A DNA stretch of 64,000 bases from Thiothrix sp. (GCA_038141665.1 JAYQIN010000002.1:765189-829188), one strand, 5' to 3'; shown: positions 39,710-50,771, counted from the first letter of the stretch. Notes: generated by a model from the letters alone, not told the origin. Translations and numbers: made by a program.

Positions 39710-40217
39710 AATCTTTAATAATAATTTTTGATATTTTTACTGTATCATAATTATCAGTACTTATTTTAATATTGGATATATTTTCGTAATATTTTTCTCT
39801 TTGATCAATTAAATCAGCAATAATCTTTTTTGAATTATAGCCTTTAATTAAGGGTCTATTTTTGTCTTGCTCTGTTCTATATACAAGTTCTTCTATACTG
39901 GCAGTGAGATATACTATATAACCTAATTTTTTAATAATTTCTCTATTTTCTTCTGAAATTATTATCCCACCGCCTGTACTAATGACAGTGCTTTCCAACG
40001 AAGATATTTCTCTTAAAATATTACTTTCTCTTTTTCTAAATCCAACTTCTCCTTCATGCTCAAATATTGTTGGGATATCTACACCAGTTTTTTCCTCTAT
40101 AAGATGATCAGTATCTATGAAATTAAATTTCATCATTTTAGATAGTTTTTTTCCGATTGAGGTCTTACCTGAGCCCATAGGGCCAATCAAAATGATATTG
40201 TTTTTATGTTTAGACAA
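39690..40217 (-). CDS. aroK: shikimate kinase
   Basis: 175 aa, P-loop GPMGSGKTSIGK, STGGG motif; aroK-aroB operon. Confidence 0.92.
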   Translation of the reverse strand: MSKHKNNIILIGPMGSGKTSIGKKLSKMMKFNFIDTDHLIEEKTGVDIPTIFEHEGEVGFRKRESNILREISSLESTVISTGGGIIISEENREIIKKLGYIVYLTASIEELVYRTEQDKNRPLIKGYNSKKIIADLIDQREKYYENISNIKISTDNYDTVKISKIIIKDYEKNNS

Positions 40218-40266
40218 GATAAATTTTGTGTTTATAGTATTATATAGATATTAACAAGAATTTTTA

Positions 40267-42738
40267 ATGCTACCAACAAGTATGAGTATATTTTTTAAGA
40301 AAGCAAAAAAACCACTTTACATCGTTATTGGCCTAGTAATTATTGTTCCTTTAGCCTCGTATATTTATTTATCTAGAGGCCTTCCTACCGTAGAAGAAAT
40401 ACAAGATATGAGGATGCAAATTCCAATGCGTGTATATACTCAGGATAAAAAGTTAATTGCAGTTTATGGGGAAAAGAAAAGAATCCCAGTGACTTTTGAG
40501 GAAATACCTGAAAATTTAAAAAATGCTTTTATTGCTGCAGAAGATAACAGGTTTTATAGTCATAGCGGAGTAGATTATTTTGGCTTGTTGAGGGCTTTAA
40601 AAAGTTTTATTTCAACTGGTAAGGTTACACAGGGTGGAAGCACAATCACAATGCAGGTCGCTAGAAATTTCTACTTAAGTAGAGAAAAAAAAATCAGCAG
40701 AAAGTTAAGAGAGATTTTGCTTGCTTATAAAATGGAGAGGAATTTAAGCAAAGAAAGAATATTTGAGTTATATATGAATAAAATATACTTGGGCCATAGA
40801 GCTTATGGTGTTGCTGCCGCCGCACAAGTTTATTATGGGAAGAGATTATCTGAATTAACTTTACCCCAAGCAGCGATGATTGCTGGGCTTCCAAAAGCAC
40901 CTTCAAATTATAATCCAATAGCTAACGAAAAGAGAGCACTTCAAAGAAGGGATTATGTTTTGCGTAGAATGTCTGAAAATAATTTCATCTCTCAAAGCCA
41001 ATACGTCGATGCTTATATTTCTCCTGTTACAGCAAGATTGAGAAGTGCGAATATAGAGTTAAAAGCACCTTATGTATCAGAGATGGCAAGAGTTCAAATG
41101 GAAGAGAGATTTGGAAAGGAAGCCTACACTCTAGGTTATGATGTGTTCACAACAATTAATAGTAAACTTCAAGAAGCCGCTAAAAAATCTCTCAAAAGAC
41201 ATGTGGAAAATTATGATAAACGCCATGGATATAGAGGAGCAGAAGCAAAAATAGGTTATAACCAACTATTGAACTCTAATTTCGAATACGATCTTGAAAT
41301 TTCGATGATCAACATCAATAAATATTTGAAAAATTTCTATGATATAAATAAAAATATTCCGGCTGTGGTACTAAATGTTGATGATAAAAAAATAAAAGTA
41401 TATACAAAACATAATCAATTATTAGATATCAACTTGAATGAAATAATTATAAAAAATCAATACTATGATGTTAACTATCAGAGAAAAATTAAAAATTTTA
41501 ATAAGATTTTAACGATTGGAGATGTAGTTAGAGTTAAGGAAGTAAGAAAAAAATGGCGGCTTTCACAAATTCCGAACGTAAATGGAGCAATAGTTTCTAT
41601 CGATTCAAATAGCGGTGCAATAAATGCTTTGTCAGGAGGCTATGATTATAGAATAAGTAAATTTAATAGAGTAACTCAAGCTAAACGACAACCTGGATCA
41701 AGCTTTAAACCTTTTATATACTCTGCAGCGTTAAACAAGGGTTATACGCCAGCTTCTATAATAAACGATGCTCCTAAAGTTTTTAAAGAAAATACTGTTA
41801 GCGGAGCTTGGAGACCAAAAAACTACGGTGGTAAATTCCATGGGCCTACAAGATTGAGGTATGGTTTGGCTAAATCAAAAAATATGATTTCTATAAGGTT
41901 GCTTGATAATATTGGCATTAAATACACCTTAGGCTTTGCTGAGAAATTTGGTATCTCAACTGATAATTTACCAAAAGATTTGACCTTAGCTTTAGGGAGT
42001 GGAGAAATCACACCTTTAGAATTATCTGAATCATATGCTTATTTTGCAAATGGTGGTCACGGAATAAAACCATATCTTATAGAGCAAGTAAGAACACGAG
42101 ATAATGATATCGTTTATGTTGAAAATCCAGTTAGAGTTTGCAGTAATCCTTGCGATTACGTGAGCATGGATACCTTGCAATTTCCTTCTGCAGAATCTGT
42201 AGAAGAAATTTCTGAACTTAGAAATAAGGCTGGCTTGCCAAGATTTTCTACTCAAACAATTGACCCAAGAAATATTTATCAAATGGTAAGCATGCTAAAA
42301 GATGTTGTAAAATATGGTACTGCTAAAAAAGCAAAAGTGCTTAAACGCTCAGACATTGCAGGCAAAACAGGAACCACAAATGATCAAAAAGATGCGTGGT
42401 TTAGTGGTTTTAATAGAGACGTTGTGACTGTTACTTTTCTTGGTTTCGATGACCACTCATCTTTAGGAAAAAAAGAATTTGGAAGTACTGCAGCTTTACC
42501 AATGTGGATAGATTATATGAAAGTAGCTTTAAAAAATTTACCGATTTCAAATATGGATGAGCCAGAAGGTTTAGTTAGTGCAAAAATAGATAGTAAGAAT
42601 GGTTTACTAGCATCACCAACCTCTAAAAGTTCAATAATTGAGGTATTTAGAAAAGAGAATGTGCCAAAGACTTTTAGTAAAGAAAATAAGTCTAAAGAAA
42701 AAGATCAAAAAGAAATTGAGATTGAAAAAATTTTTTAG
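40267..42738 (+). CDS. mrcA: bifunctional penicillin-binding protein 1A
   Basis: 823 aa, glycosyltransferase 51 motifs (EDNRFYSH, GGSTITMQ), transpeptidase SSFKP, SKN, KTGTT. Confidence 0.92.
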   Translation: MLPTSMSIFFKKAKKPLYIVIGLVIIVPLASYIYLSRGLPTVEEIQDMRMQIPMRVYTQDKKLIAVYGEKKRIPVTFEEIPENLKNAFIAAEDNRFYSHSGVDYFGLLRALKSFISTGKVTQGGSTITMQVARNFYLSREKKISRKLREILLAYKMERNLSKERIFELYMNKIYLGHRAYGVAAAAQVYYGKRLSELTLPQAAMIAGLPKAPSNYNPIANEKRALQRRDYVLRRMSENNFISQSQYVDAYISPVTARLRSANIELKAPYVSEMARVQMEERFGKEAYTLGYDVFTTINSKLQEAAKKSLKRHVENYDKRHGYRGAEAKIGYNQLLNSNFEYDLEISMININKYLKNFYDINKNIPAVVLNVDDKKIKVYTKHNQLLDINLNEIIIKNQYYDVNYQRKIKNFNKILTIGDVVRVKEVRKKWRLSQIPNVNGAIVSIDSNSGAINALSGGYDYRISKFNRVTQAKRQPGSSFKPFIYSAALNKGYTPASIINDAPKVFKENTVSGAWRPKNYGGKFHGPTRLRYGLAKSKNMISIRLLDNIGIKYTLGFAEKFGISTDNLPKDLTLALGSGEITPLELSESYAYFANGGHGIKPYLIEQVRTRDNDIVYVENPVRVCSNPCDYVSMDTLQFPSAESVEEISELRNKAGLPRFSTQTIDPRNIYQMVSMLKDVVKYGTAKKAKVLKRSDIAGKTGTTNDQKDAWFSGFNRDVVTVTFLGFDDHSSLGKKEFGSTAALPMWIDYMKVALKNLPISNMDEPEGLVSAKIDSKNGLLASPTSKSSIIEVFRKENVPKTFSKENKSKEKDQKEIEIEKIF

Positions 42739-43799
42739 TCTCTATGGTACTTAATACTATATTCTTTGATATGTTTAATGAGAATGCCTAGATTTTCTGG
42801 ATCAACGAACTGGTCTATACCATGGCCCAAATTAAAAATGTGTTTATGTCCAAATCCATAGTTATCGATTATTTCTGATGCAGCATCTTTTATAGATTGC
42901 TCTGTACCATGAAGAGCGCAAGGGTCAAGATTTCCTTGTAAGCAAATATTTTCCCCAACAATTTTTCTTGCACTTGCGATGTCTACTGTCCAGTCTAACC
43001 CAATTCCATCGCAGCCGGATTTAGATATTTCATTTAACCAACCACCCCCACCTTTTGTAAATAATATGACGGGTATATTTTTTGTTATTTTATTTTTTTT
43101 TAAATTACTTATTATTTCTTTCATTGGGTTAAGAGAAAAATGAATATAATTATTTGTATTTAATAATCCACCCCAAGAGTCAAAAATCATTAAAATATTT
43201 GCTCCAGCCTTAGCTTGCATAATTAAATATTCTGAAATAGATTTTACAAGTTTTTTTATTAACGTATTAAGCATTTCTGAATCGTTAAAAACAATTGATC
43301 TTACTTTTCGAAATTCTTTTGTTGCTGAGCCTTCAATCATATAAGTTGATAAAGTCCATGGACTTCCTGAAAATCCAATCAAAGGTATTTCGTTATTTAA
43401 TTTTTCTTTTGTATGTTTAATTGCATCAGCCACATACTCTAGAGAATTTATATTTTCATCGGAAAGAGATGACACATCTTTAATATTATTTAGTGGATTA
43501 TCAAAATATGGACCGCGATTATCTTCAAACTTTAACTCAAGACCCATGGCATCAGGAATTGTTAAAATATCTGAAAAAATTATAGCTGCATCCAAATCAA
43601 ATCTTCTAATTGGTTGAACTGTTACTTCAGAAGCTAGTTCTGGTGTTTTACAGAGATTTAAAAAGCTTCCAGCCTCAGCTCTTGTTTTTTTATATTCTGG
43701 CAAATATCTGCCTGCTTGTCGCATTATCCAAACGGGTGTTTTATCTACAGGATTGCCTGCCAAGACATCTAAAATTCTTCTATTTTTAATTGAATTCAT
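42735..43799 (-). CDS. hemE: uroporphyrinogen decarboxylase
   Basis: 354 aa, PVWIMRQAGRYLPEY signature. Confidence 0.93.
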   Translation of the reverse strand: MNSIKNRRILDVLAGNPVDKTPVWIMRQAGRYLPEYKKTRAEAGSFLNLCKTPELASEVTVQPIRRFDLDAAIIFSDILTIPDAMGLELKFEDNRGPYFDNPLNNIKDVSSLSDENINSLEYVADAIKHTKEKLNNEIPLIGFSGSPWTLSTYMIEGSATKEFRKVRSIVFNDSEMLNTLIKKLVKSISEYLIMQAKAGANILMIFDSWGGLLNTNNYIHFSLNPMKEIISNLKKNKITKNIPVILFTKGGGGWLNEISKSGCDGIGLDWTVDIASARKIVGENICLQGNLDPCALHGTEQSIKDAASEIIDNYGFGHKHIFNLGHGIDQFVDPENLGILIKHIKEYSIKYHRD

Positions 43800-43801
43800 A
43801 T

Positions 43802-45214
<1,413 letters not shown>

Positions 45215-45224
45215 TTAAAACTTA

Positions 45225-45316
45225 CTAGAGTTTGATGTTATCTCACCAAACTCTAGATAAAAGTTTGGTGCGTTCCTTCAGCTTTTTGCCTACTTCCGTC
45301 CTTTAAAGGATGAACG
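45225..45316 (-). promoter_or_regulatory. second glutamine-I (glnA motif)-like riboswitch, in the gltD leader
   Basis: Minus-strand RNA CGUUCAUCCUUUAAAGGACGGAAGUAGGCAAAAAGCUGAAGGAACGCACC (45316 to 45267), then CACCAAACU / CUAGAGUUUGGUG / CAAACUCUAG segments. Differences from the gltB copy fall in loops or keep pairing. Confidence 0.7.
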
Positions 45317-45336
45317 TGTATTCTATTACAATATTA

Positions 45337-45365
45337 ATTATAGGACTAACAGGTTAAGCATTCAA
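45337..45365 (-). promoter_or_regulatory. sigma-70 promoter of gltD leader
   Basis: Minus strand TTGAAT (45365-45360), 17-nt spacer, TATAAT (45342-45337), about 20 nt before the aptamer. Confidence 0.65.
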
Positions 45366-45410
45366 TAGAAAGGGCGGATAAATACATTGAAAATAACTTA
45401 TATAGTTTTT

Positions 45411-45878
45411 TTAAGATAGCTTTTCTTTCACAAACTTACTGGCAAAGCCCATATCAGCGCGATTATTTGAACGTTTTTTGAGCTCACCCATTACTTGGCC
45501 TATTTGGCTCATCTCTTGAATGGATTTTTCTTTAATAATATCTTTAATCATTTGTTTCACTTCATCTTGACTCATATCTTCTGGCAGATATTCTTTAAAG
45601 ACAGATAACTCGAATTCTTCTTGCTCTGCAAGATCAGTTCTATTTGCTTCTTTATAGTGTGTGAGAGATTCTTTACTTTTTTTGGAGAGTTTTTTTAAAA
45701 TTTCAAAAATAATTTCATCAGTAAGATTTTCTCTTGTCTCAACTTCTTTGTCTAAAATTGCTGCAAGAATTAATTTAACAGCAGCCAATCTTTTTTTATC
45801 ACCGCTTTTCATCGAAGCTTTCATATCTTCGGTGATTTTATTTTTAAGAGGTGAATTAGTTTCTTGAGGGTTAGACAT
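45411..45878 (-). CDS. yqeY: GatB/YqeY domain protein
   Basis: 155 aa, LKNKITEDMKASMKSGDKKRL...; typical position downstream of rpsU. Confidence 0.8.
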   Translation of the reverse strand: MSNPQETNSPLKNKITEDMKASMKSGDKKRLAAVKLILAAILDKEVETRENLTDEIIFEILKKLSKKSKESLTHYKEANRTDLAEQEEFELSVFKEYLPEDMSQDEVKQMIKDIIKEKSIQEMSQIGQVMGELKKRSNNRADMGFASKFVKEKLS

Positions 45879-46096
45879 TAATAAAGTTTAATTCTTCTTC
45901 CAGTTGCAGTTCTATTAGTTCTTTTGTGAACTCTTTTTACAGCTGCAGCTGCTTTTCTTTTTCTAACAGAGGTTGGTTTCTCGTAAAATTCCCTTTTTCT
46001 AATTTCAGTTAAAACTCCAGCTTTTTCACATGCACGTCTAAATCTTCTGATGGCAATGTCAAATGGCTCGTTTTCTTTTACTTTAATACTTGGCAT
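45878..46096 (-). CDS. rpsU: 30S ribosomal protein S21
   Basis: 72 aa, [29 protein letters not shown]. Confidence 0.95.
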   Translation of the reverse strand: MPSIKVKENEPFDIAIRRFRRACEKAGVLTEIRKREFYEKPTSVRKRKAAAAVKRVHKRTNRTATGRRIKLY

Positions 46097-46171
46097 AATT
46101 TACCTTTAATTATTTAGTGGTGTGATTATACAGTTGTATGAAGAAAAATCAAAACAAAGTGGTCTTATAAT

Positions 46172-47179
46172 ATGCTAGTTTTGGGCATTGAAACCTCATG
46201 TGATGAGACTGGTTTAGCACTATATGACTCAAAAGATGGGCTATTGGCAGACGAACTCTATAGTCAGATTGATATCCATAAAGACTATGGCGGTGTAGTC
46301 CCAGAATTGGCTTCAAGGGATCACGCTGATAGAATTTTACCTCTGCTGCAAAATTTACTTAAAAATACAGGCAAATCATTAGATGATATAGATCTAATAG
46401 CTTACACGGCTGGACCAGGCCTAAAAGGTTGTTTGTTAGTTGGTTCAACTTTTGCAAGAAGCTTAGCTTACATTACGGACAAACCTATTATTTCAGTCAA
46501 TCATATTGAGGCACATTTACTAGCACCATTTATGGAATATTCTGAGCTATCTTTCCCTTTTTTTGGCTTATTAATATCTGGGGGACATACTATGATTGTT
46601 AATGCCAAAAATATTGGAGAGTATGAAATTATAGGAGAAACTTTAGATGATGCAATTGGCGAGGCATTTGATAAAAGTGCCAAACTGATGGGTCTAGATT
46701 ATCCTGGCGGACCATTAATTGAAAAATTAGCAAAAGAAGGCGTACAAGGAGCATATAAATTTCCAAGGCCAATTTTAAATAAACCTAATTGTGATTTTAG
46801 TTTTAGTGGTTTAAAAACTCATATCATGCTGACATGGAAAACGTCAGAAAAAACTGAAGAAGTACAAAAAAATATTTCTTTAGAGTTACAAAATTCAGTT
46901 ACCGATTGTTTAGTTGGAAAATTAAAACGAGCTCATGATGAAAAAGGTTACCCATCAATAGTTATATCTGGCGGAGTAAGTGCTAATCAATTTATTAGAG
47001 AAAAAATAACTAATTTTGCGCATTCAATAAACGCTGAAGCGTACTACCCAACTAAAAAATTCTGTACTGATAATGGCGCAATGATTGCTTATGCAGGCTA
47101 TAAAAAATTTGAAGCAGGACAAGTTTATGATTTACAGGGTGAAGTTAAACCAAGATGGCCATTAGATCAATTAGCATAA
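46172..47179 (+). CDS. tsaD: tRNA N6-adenosine threonylcarbamoyltransferase
   Basis: 335 aa, LGIETSCDETG, HIEAHL, GGVSAN motifs; divergent from rpsU as in other Gammaproteobacteria. Confidence 0.93.
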   Translation: MLVLGIETSCDETGLALYDSKDGLLADELYSQIDIHKDYGGVVPELASRDHADRILPLLQNLLKNTGKSLDDIDLIAYTAGPGLKGCLLVGSTFARSLAYITDKPIISVNHIEAHLLAPFMEYSELSFPFFGLLISGGHTMIVNAKNIGEYEIIGETLDDAIGEAFDKSAKLMGLDYPGGPLIEKLAKEGVQGAYKFPRPILNKPNCDFSFSGLKTHIMLTWKTSEKTEEVQKNISLELQNSVTDCLVGKLKRAHDEKGYPSIVISGGVSANQFIREKITNFAHSINAEAYYPTKKFCTDNGAMIAYAGYKKFEAGQVYDLQGEVKPRWPLDQLA

Positions 47180-47186
47180 ATCTTAC

Positions 47187-47846
47187 ATGAGCATAAATAG
47201 AGATTTTACAAAACGAGTATGTATTAATTCTGAAAATGAACCTTGGCACAAATCGCCAGCAGACGGAGTAGAGCGTCTATATCTTGAGAGAGATGACGCC
47301 GGAGAATCAGCTATTGCCACAACCATTGTTAAATTTGCGCCAGGTAGTAAATTTGAACAGCATACGCATGACGGTGGTGAAGAATTTTTGGTTTTAGATG
47401 GAGTTTTTTCTGATGAATTTGGTTCTTATCCAAAAGGTACATACATTAGAAATCCAAAAGGCTCGACACATAATCCTTACAGTGAAACAGGATGTATTTT
47501 ATTTGTAAAATTACGGCAGTTTCAAAATGATGATACTCAATCAGTAAAAATTGATACTAATAAACAACCATGGCTTCCAGGTTTGGTAGATGGTCTTTCG
47601 GTTATGCCGCTACATAATTTTGAAACCGAACACGCTGCTTTGGTAAAATGGGAGCCTAATACAGTATTTAATCCACACCAACATTGGGGCGGTGAGGAAA
47701 TTTTAGTTTTAGATGGCACATTTCATGATGAGTTCGGCGTGTATCCAAAAGGCTCATGGTTACGAACCCCGCATTTAAGTCAGCATACCCCTTTCACCAA
47801 AGAGGAAGGTGCACTCATTTTTGTTAAAACAGGGCATTTAAATTAA
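47187..47846 (+). CDS. double cupin protein (ChrR-like cupin_7 domains, no anti-sigma N-domain)
   Basis: 219 aa, two repeats of H.H..GEE.LVLDG.F.DE.G.YPKG. Confidence 0.6.
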   Translation: MSINRDFTKRVCINSENEPWHKSPADGVERLYLERDDAGESAIATTIVKFAPGSKFEQHTHDGGEEFLVLDGVFSDEFGSYPKGTYIRNPKGSTHNPYSETGCILFVKLRQFQNDDTQSVKIDTNKQPWLPGLVDGLSVMPLHNFETEHAALVKWEPNTVFNPHQHWGGEEILVLDGTFHDEFGVYPKGSWLRTPHLSQHTPFTKEEGALIFVKTGHLN

Positions 47847-47881
47847 TTGACATGAGCCAGCATTTAAAGTACTTTTAGATT

Positions 47882-48421
47882 ATGTACGAAATCAAAAGTA
47901 AATCTGTAAAACGTGGTGGCAAAAGATCAGGCGCTGGACGCAAGAGTCTTTATGGCGCACCCACTAAGGCAATTCGTGTTCCAGAAAACATGGTTGCAGA
48001 AATAAAAGATTTTATAGAAGCACAAAATGCAGCTATTTATGAGCTGCCGTTATTCGCTTCCAAAGTAGCTGCCGGCTTCCCATCTCCTGCCGATGATTTC
48101 ATGGATACTAAACTTGACTTAAATACTCACTTAATAAAAACGCCGAGCGCCACTTTTTTTGTTCGTGTTTCTGGTGAGTCAATGATCAATGCAGGAATTC
48201 ATGACGGTGATTTGTTGGTAGTAGACCGAAGTCTTGAGCCGCAAGTTGGAAAAATTGTGATTGCTGCTATTCAACATGAACTTACCGTTAAACGTTATGT
48301 GAAAAAAGATGGTAAAGTTTACTTAGCTCCTGAAAACGACGCTTTTGAACCTATTCTAGTTAGTGAAGAAGATGAGGTTCATATTTGGGGTGTTGTTACC
48401 AATGTAGTGCATGCGGTTTAA
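47882..48421 (+). CDS. umuD: UmuD-like S24 self-cleaving peptidase with basic N-terminal extension
   Basis: 179 aa, cleavage-site context LFASKVAAGFPSPADD, Ser/Lys dyad (VSGESM, TVKRY). The first ~37 residues (KRGGKRSGAGRKSLYGAPTKAIRVPE) are extra relative to 139-aa E. coli UmuD. Confidence 0.85.
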   Translation: MYEIKSKSVKRGGKRSGAGRKSLYGAPTKAIRVPENMVAEIKDFIEAQNAAIYELPLFASKVAAGFPSPADDFMDTKLDLNTHLIKTPSATFFVRVSGESMINAGIHDGDLLVVDRSLEPQVGKIVIAAIQHELTVKRYVKKDGKVYLAPENDAFEPILVSEEDEVHIWGVVTNVVHAV

Positions 48422-48424
48422 CCT

Positions 48425-49702
48425 ATGTCTTCATTGCAGCCAGATCCAATTTACGCATTAGTTGATTGCAATAATTTTTACTGTTCCTGTGAGCGAGTTT
48501 TTAATCCTGCATTAGAAAAAAAACCGATGGCGGTTTTATCTAATAATGATGGATGTATTGTCGCTCGTTCTAACGAAATAAAAGCACTTGGTATTCCGAT
48601 GGGCGCGCCTATGTTTCAATATAAAAATCTACTGGAACAAAAAAAAGCAGTTATATTATCTTCCAATTATCAATTGTATGGGGATATGTCGCAGCGTGTC
48701 ATGACAACTTTACGCCAATTCACACCGGCTATGGAAGTGTATTCAATTGATGAGGCATTTTTACGCTTAGAAGAATTTAGAAGATTAGATTTAGATAAGT
48801 ATTCATTAGAGATTAGAAAAACAGTTAAGCAGTGGACTGGAATTCCGGTTTCAATTGGGATAGCCCCTAATAAAACGCTAGCTAAAGTCGCTAATCATAT
48901 GGCGAAAAAACATACTAATAGCGGAGTTTTTAATATTTGTAAAAAAGTAATACAAAATAAAGTGTTAGCTAACTTTCCAGTCGGTGATCTTTGGGGAGTT
49001 GGTCGCCAACTATCAAAAAGATTAAATGAAATGGGAATTAACACAGCATTAAAGTTAAGAGATGTTGATATTGTTTGGGCACGGAAGCATTTCACGGTAG
49101 TTGGCGAACGTATTGTAAGAGAGTTAAGAGGGGTAAATTGTTTAGAGTTAGAAGAAGTAATGGCAAAAAAAAATATTACCTCCTCTAAGTCTTTCGGAAA
49201 ACTAGTGACTGATAAAAAAGAATTAATGAGCGCAGTAGCTAACTATACAACACGCGCTTGTCACAAATTACGTTTACAAAAAAGTAAAGCGCAAGGTATT
49301 TATGTTTACTTAAGAACGAATCCATTTCGCCGTCAAGACCCACAGTACAACAATGGAATTACGTATGGATTTATGGAACCCAGTGATGACACAACCTATA
49401 TAATTCAAGCGGCACGCAAAAGTTTAGAACAAATTTATTCTAAAGGTTACAAGTATCATAAAGCAGGAATCATGCTACTTGATATAGTGCCTGCATCATA
49501 TAAACAAATGGAAATGTTTGATTCAGAAGAAACCAAAGCGCGCAGTGATTTGATGAAAACAATTGATACGATGAATACCACTATGGGACAAGATACGATT
49601 CGCTTTGCAGCACAAGGCATTGATCATCCATGGGCACGACGATGTGAAAATAGAACGCCAAGGTATACAACTAATTGGGATGAATTGGTAAAAGTAATAT
49701 GA
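48425..49702 (+). CDS. umuC: DNA polymerase V catalytic subunit UmuC (Y-family)
   Basis: 425 aa, YALVDCNNFYCSCERVF, SIDEAFL, GVGR motifs. Confidence 0.9.
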   Translation: MSSLQPDPIYALVDCNNFYCSCERVFNPALEKKPMAVLSNNDGCIVARSNEIKALGIPMGAPMFQYKNLLEQKKAVILSSNYQLYGDMSQRVMTTLRQFTPAMEVYSIDEAFLRLEEFRRLDLDKYSLEIRKTVKQWTGIPVSIGIAPNKTLAKVANHMAKKHTNSGVFNICKKVIQNKVLANFPVGDLWGVGRQLSKRLNEMGINTALKLRDVDIVWARKHFTVVGERIVRELRGVNCLELEEVMAKKNITSSKSFGKLVTDKKELMSAVANYTTRACHKLRLQKSKAQGIYVYLRTNPFRRQDPQYNNGITYGFMEPSDDTTYIIQAARKSLEQIYSKGYKYHKAGIMLLDIVPASYKQMEMFDSEETKARSDLMKTIDTMNTTMGQDTIRFAAQGIDHPWARRCENRTPRYTTNWDELVKVI

Positions 49703-49720
49703 AAATACAGGGGGTGAAAC

Positions 49721-50038
49721 ATGGCTAAAAAAGCAAAAACAAAAGATGAAAAATTACACATGAGAGCAGTTGCAGATTTGGGCTGTATAATATGTCATAA
49801 GATGGGCTACCCAGGCAGTCCTGCAGAATTACATCATATTATTAGTAATACTGGCATGGGTAAAAAAGCAACTAATTATGAGGTGATTCCACTTTGCCCA
49901 CATCATCATCGAAACAGCGAAGAATCCTATCATTATTCTCCAAAAAAATTTGACGATAAATGGGGAACACAAGAAGATTTATTAAAAGAGACATTAGAAA
50001 AGAAAGCATTGCAAGAAGAAATACAAAGGGCATTTTAA
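49721..50038 (+). CDS. Ref-family (phage P1 Ref-like) RecA-dependent HNH nuclease
   Basis: 105 aa. The pattern LGCIIC...AELHHI...IPLCPHHH matches the P1 Ref core (LPCIAC...SLHHI...LPLCRWHH). A strong RBS (GGGGGTGA) precedes the ATG. Confidence 0.65.
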   Translation: MAKKAKTKDEKLHMRAVADLGCIICHKMGYPGSPAELHHIISNTGMGKKATNYEVIPLCPHHHRNSEESYHYSPKKFDDKWGTQEDLLKETLEKKALQEEIQRAF

Positions 50039-50081
50039 GAGTAAGTGAAATTTTAGTTTGATTGTGATTATTAGGTTGAGA

Positions 50082-50633
50082 CTATTTCCATTTAATAGAG
50101 CAGCCAACACTTGGATTTTGTTTGTTAGGACCAGTGCCTGTTTGAGAAATTTCAATCATTGCATTTAATAATTCTGGCTTTAAATCATCACTAGTTACTG
50201 ACATTCTAGTTGCATCTAAGCGACCTCTATACTGAAGTTCCAGAGAATCGTTGTATCCAAAAAAATCTGGAGTGCAAACCGCACCATATTTTTTGGCAAT
50301 TTCTTGCGTTTCGTCATATAAATAAGGAAAAGAAAATTTATTTTTTTTTGCAACCCTATTCATGTTCTCAAAAGAGTCTTCTGGATAATCCTCCACGTCG
50401 TTGGACATAATTCCAACAGAATTTATACCATGATCGATTAAAGTGTTCGTTACTTTGACTAGTTTTGGAATGATAGCTTTTACGAAAGGACAATGATTAC
50501 AAATGAAAAAAAGTAATAAACCACGCTCGCCTTTAAGGCTATCTAAAGTCCAAAATTTATTATTTGTACAAATTAACTTAAAGTCGTATGCATTTTGTCC
50601 ATAGTCACATACAGGTGTTGTTTTTTCAGGCAT
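50082..50633 (-). CDS. thioredoxin-fold protein (AhpC/TSA-like, CxxC)
   Basis: 183 aa, LLFFICNHCPFV redox motif. Confidence 0.65.
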   Translation of the reverse strand: MPEKTTPVCDYGQNAYDFKLICTNNKFWTLDSLKGERGLLLFFICNHCPFVKAIIPKLVKVTNTLIDHGINSVGIMSNDVEDYPEDSFENMNRVAKKNKFSFPYLYDETQEIAKKYGAVCTPDFFGYNDSLELQYRGRLDATRMSVTSDDLKPELLNAMIEISQTGTGPNKQNPSVGCSIKWK

Positions 50634-50771
50634 TATAAATTTTATTTATAGTTAACAAAAATTTTGCTATTAGCATTCTCTAATGCTAGTGGAGTATAGT
50701 ATATAGCATATATAAAGGTGCAGAAAGACATCAAATTAATATAATAAAAATTGGTCATAACAGGAGGGGAT

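Noticed and set aside
47853-47895. SOS (LexA) box upstream of umuD.
   Set aside because: There is no CTGT-N8-ACAG motif. The only symmetry is GTAC-N11-GTAC (47869-47887), which does not match any LexA consensus I know.
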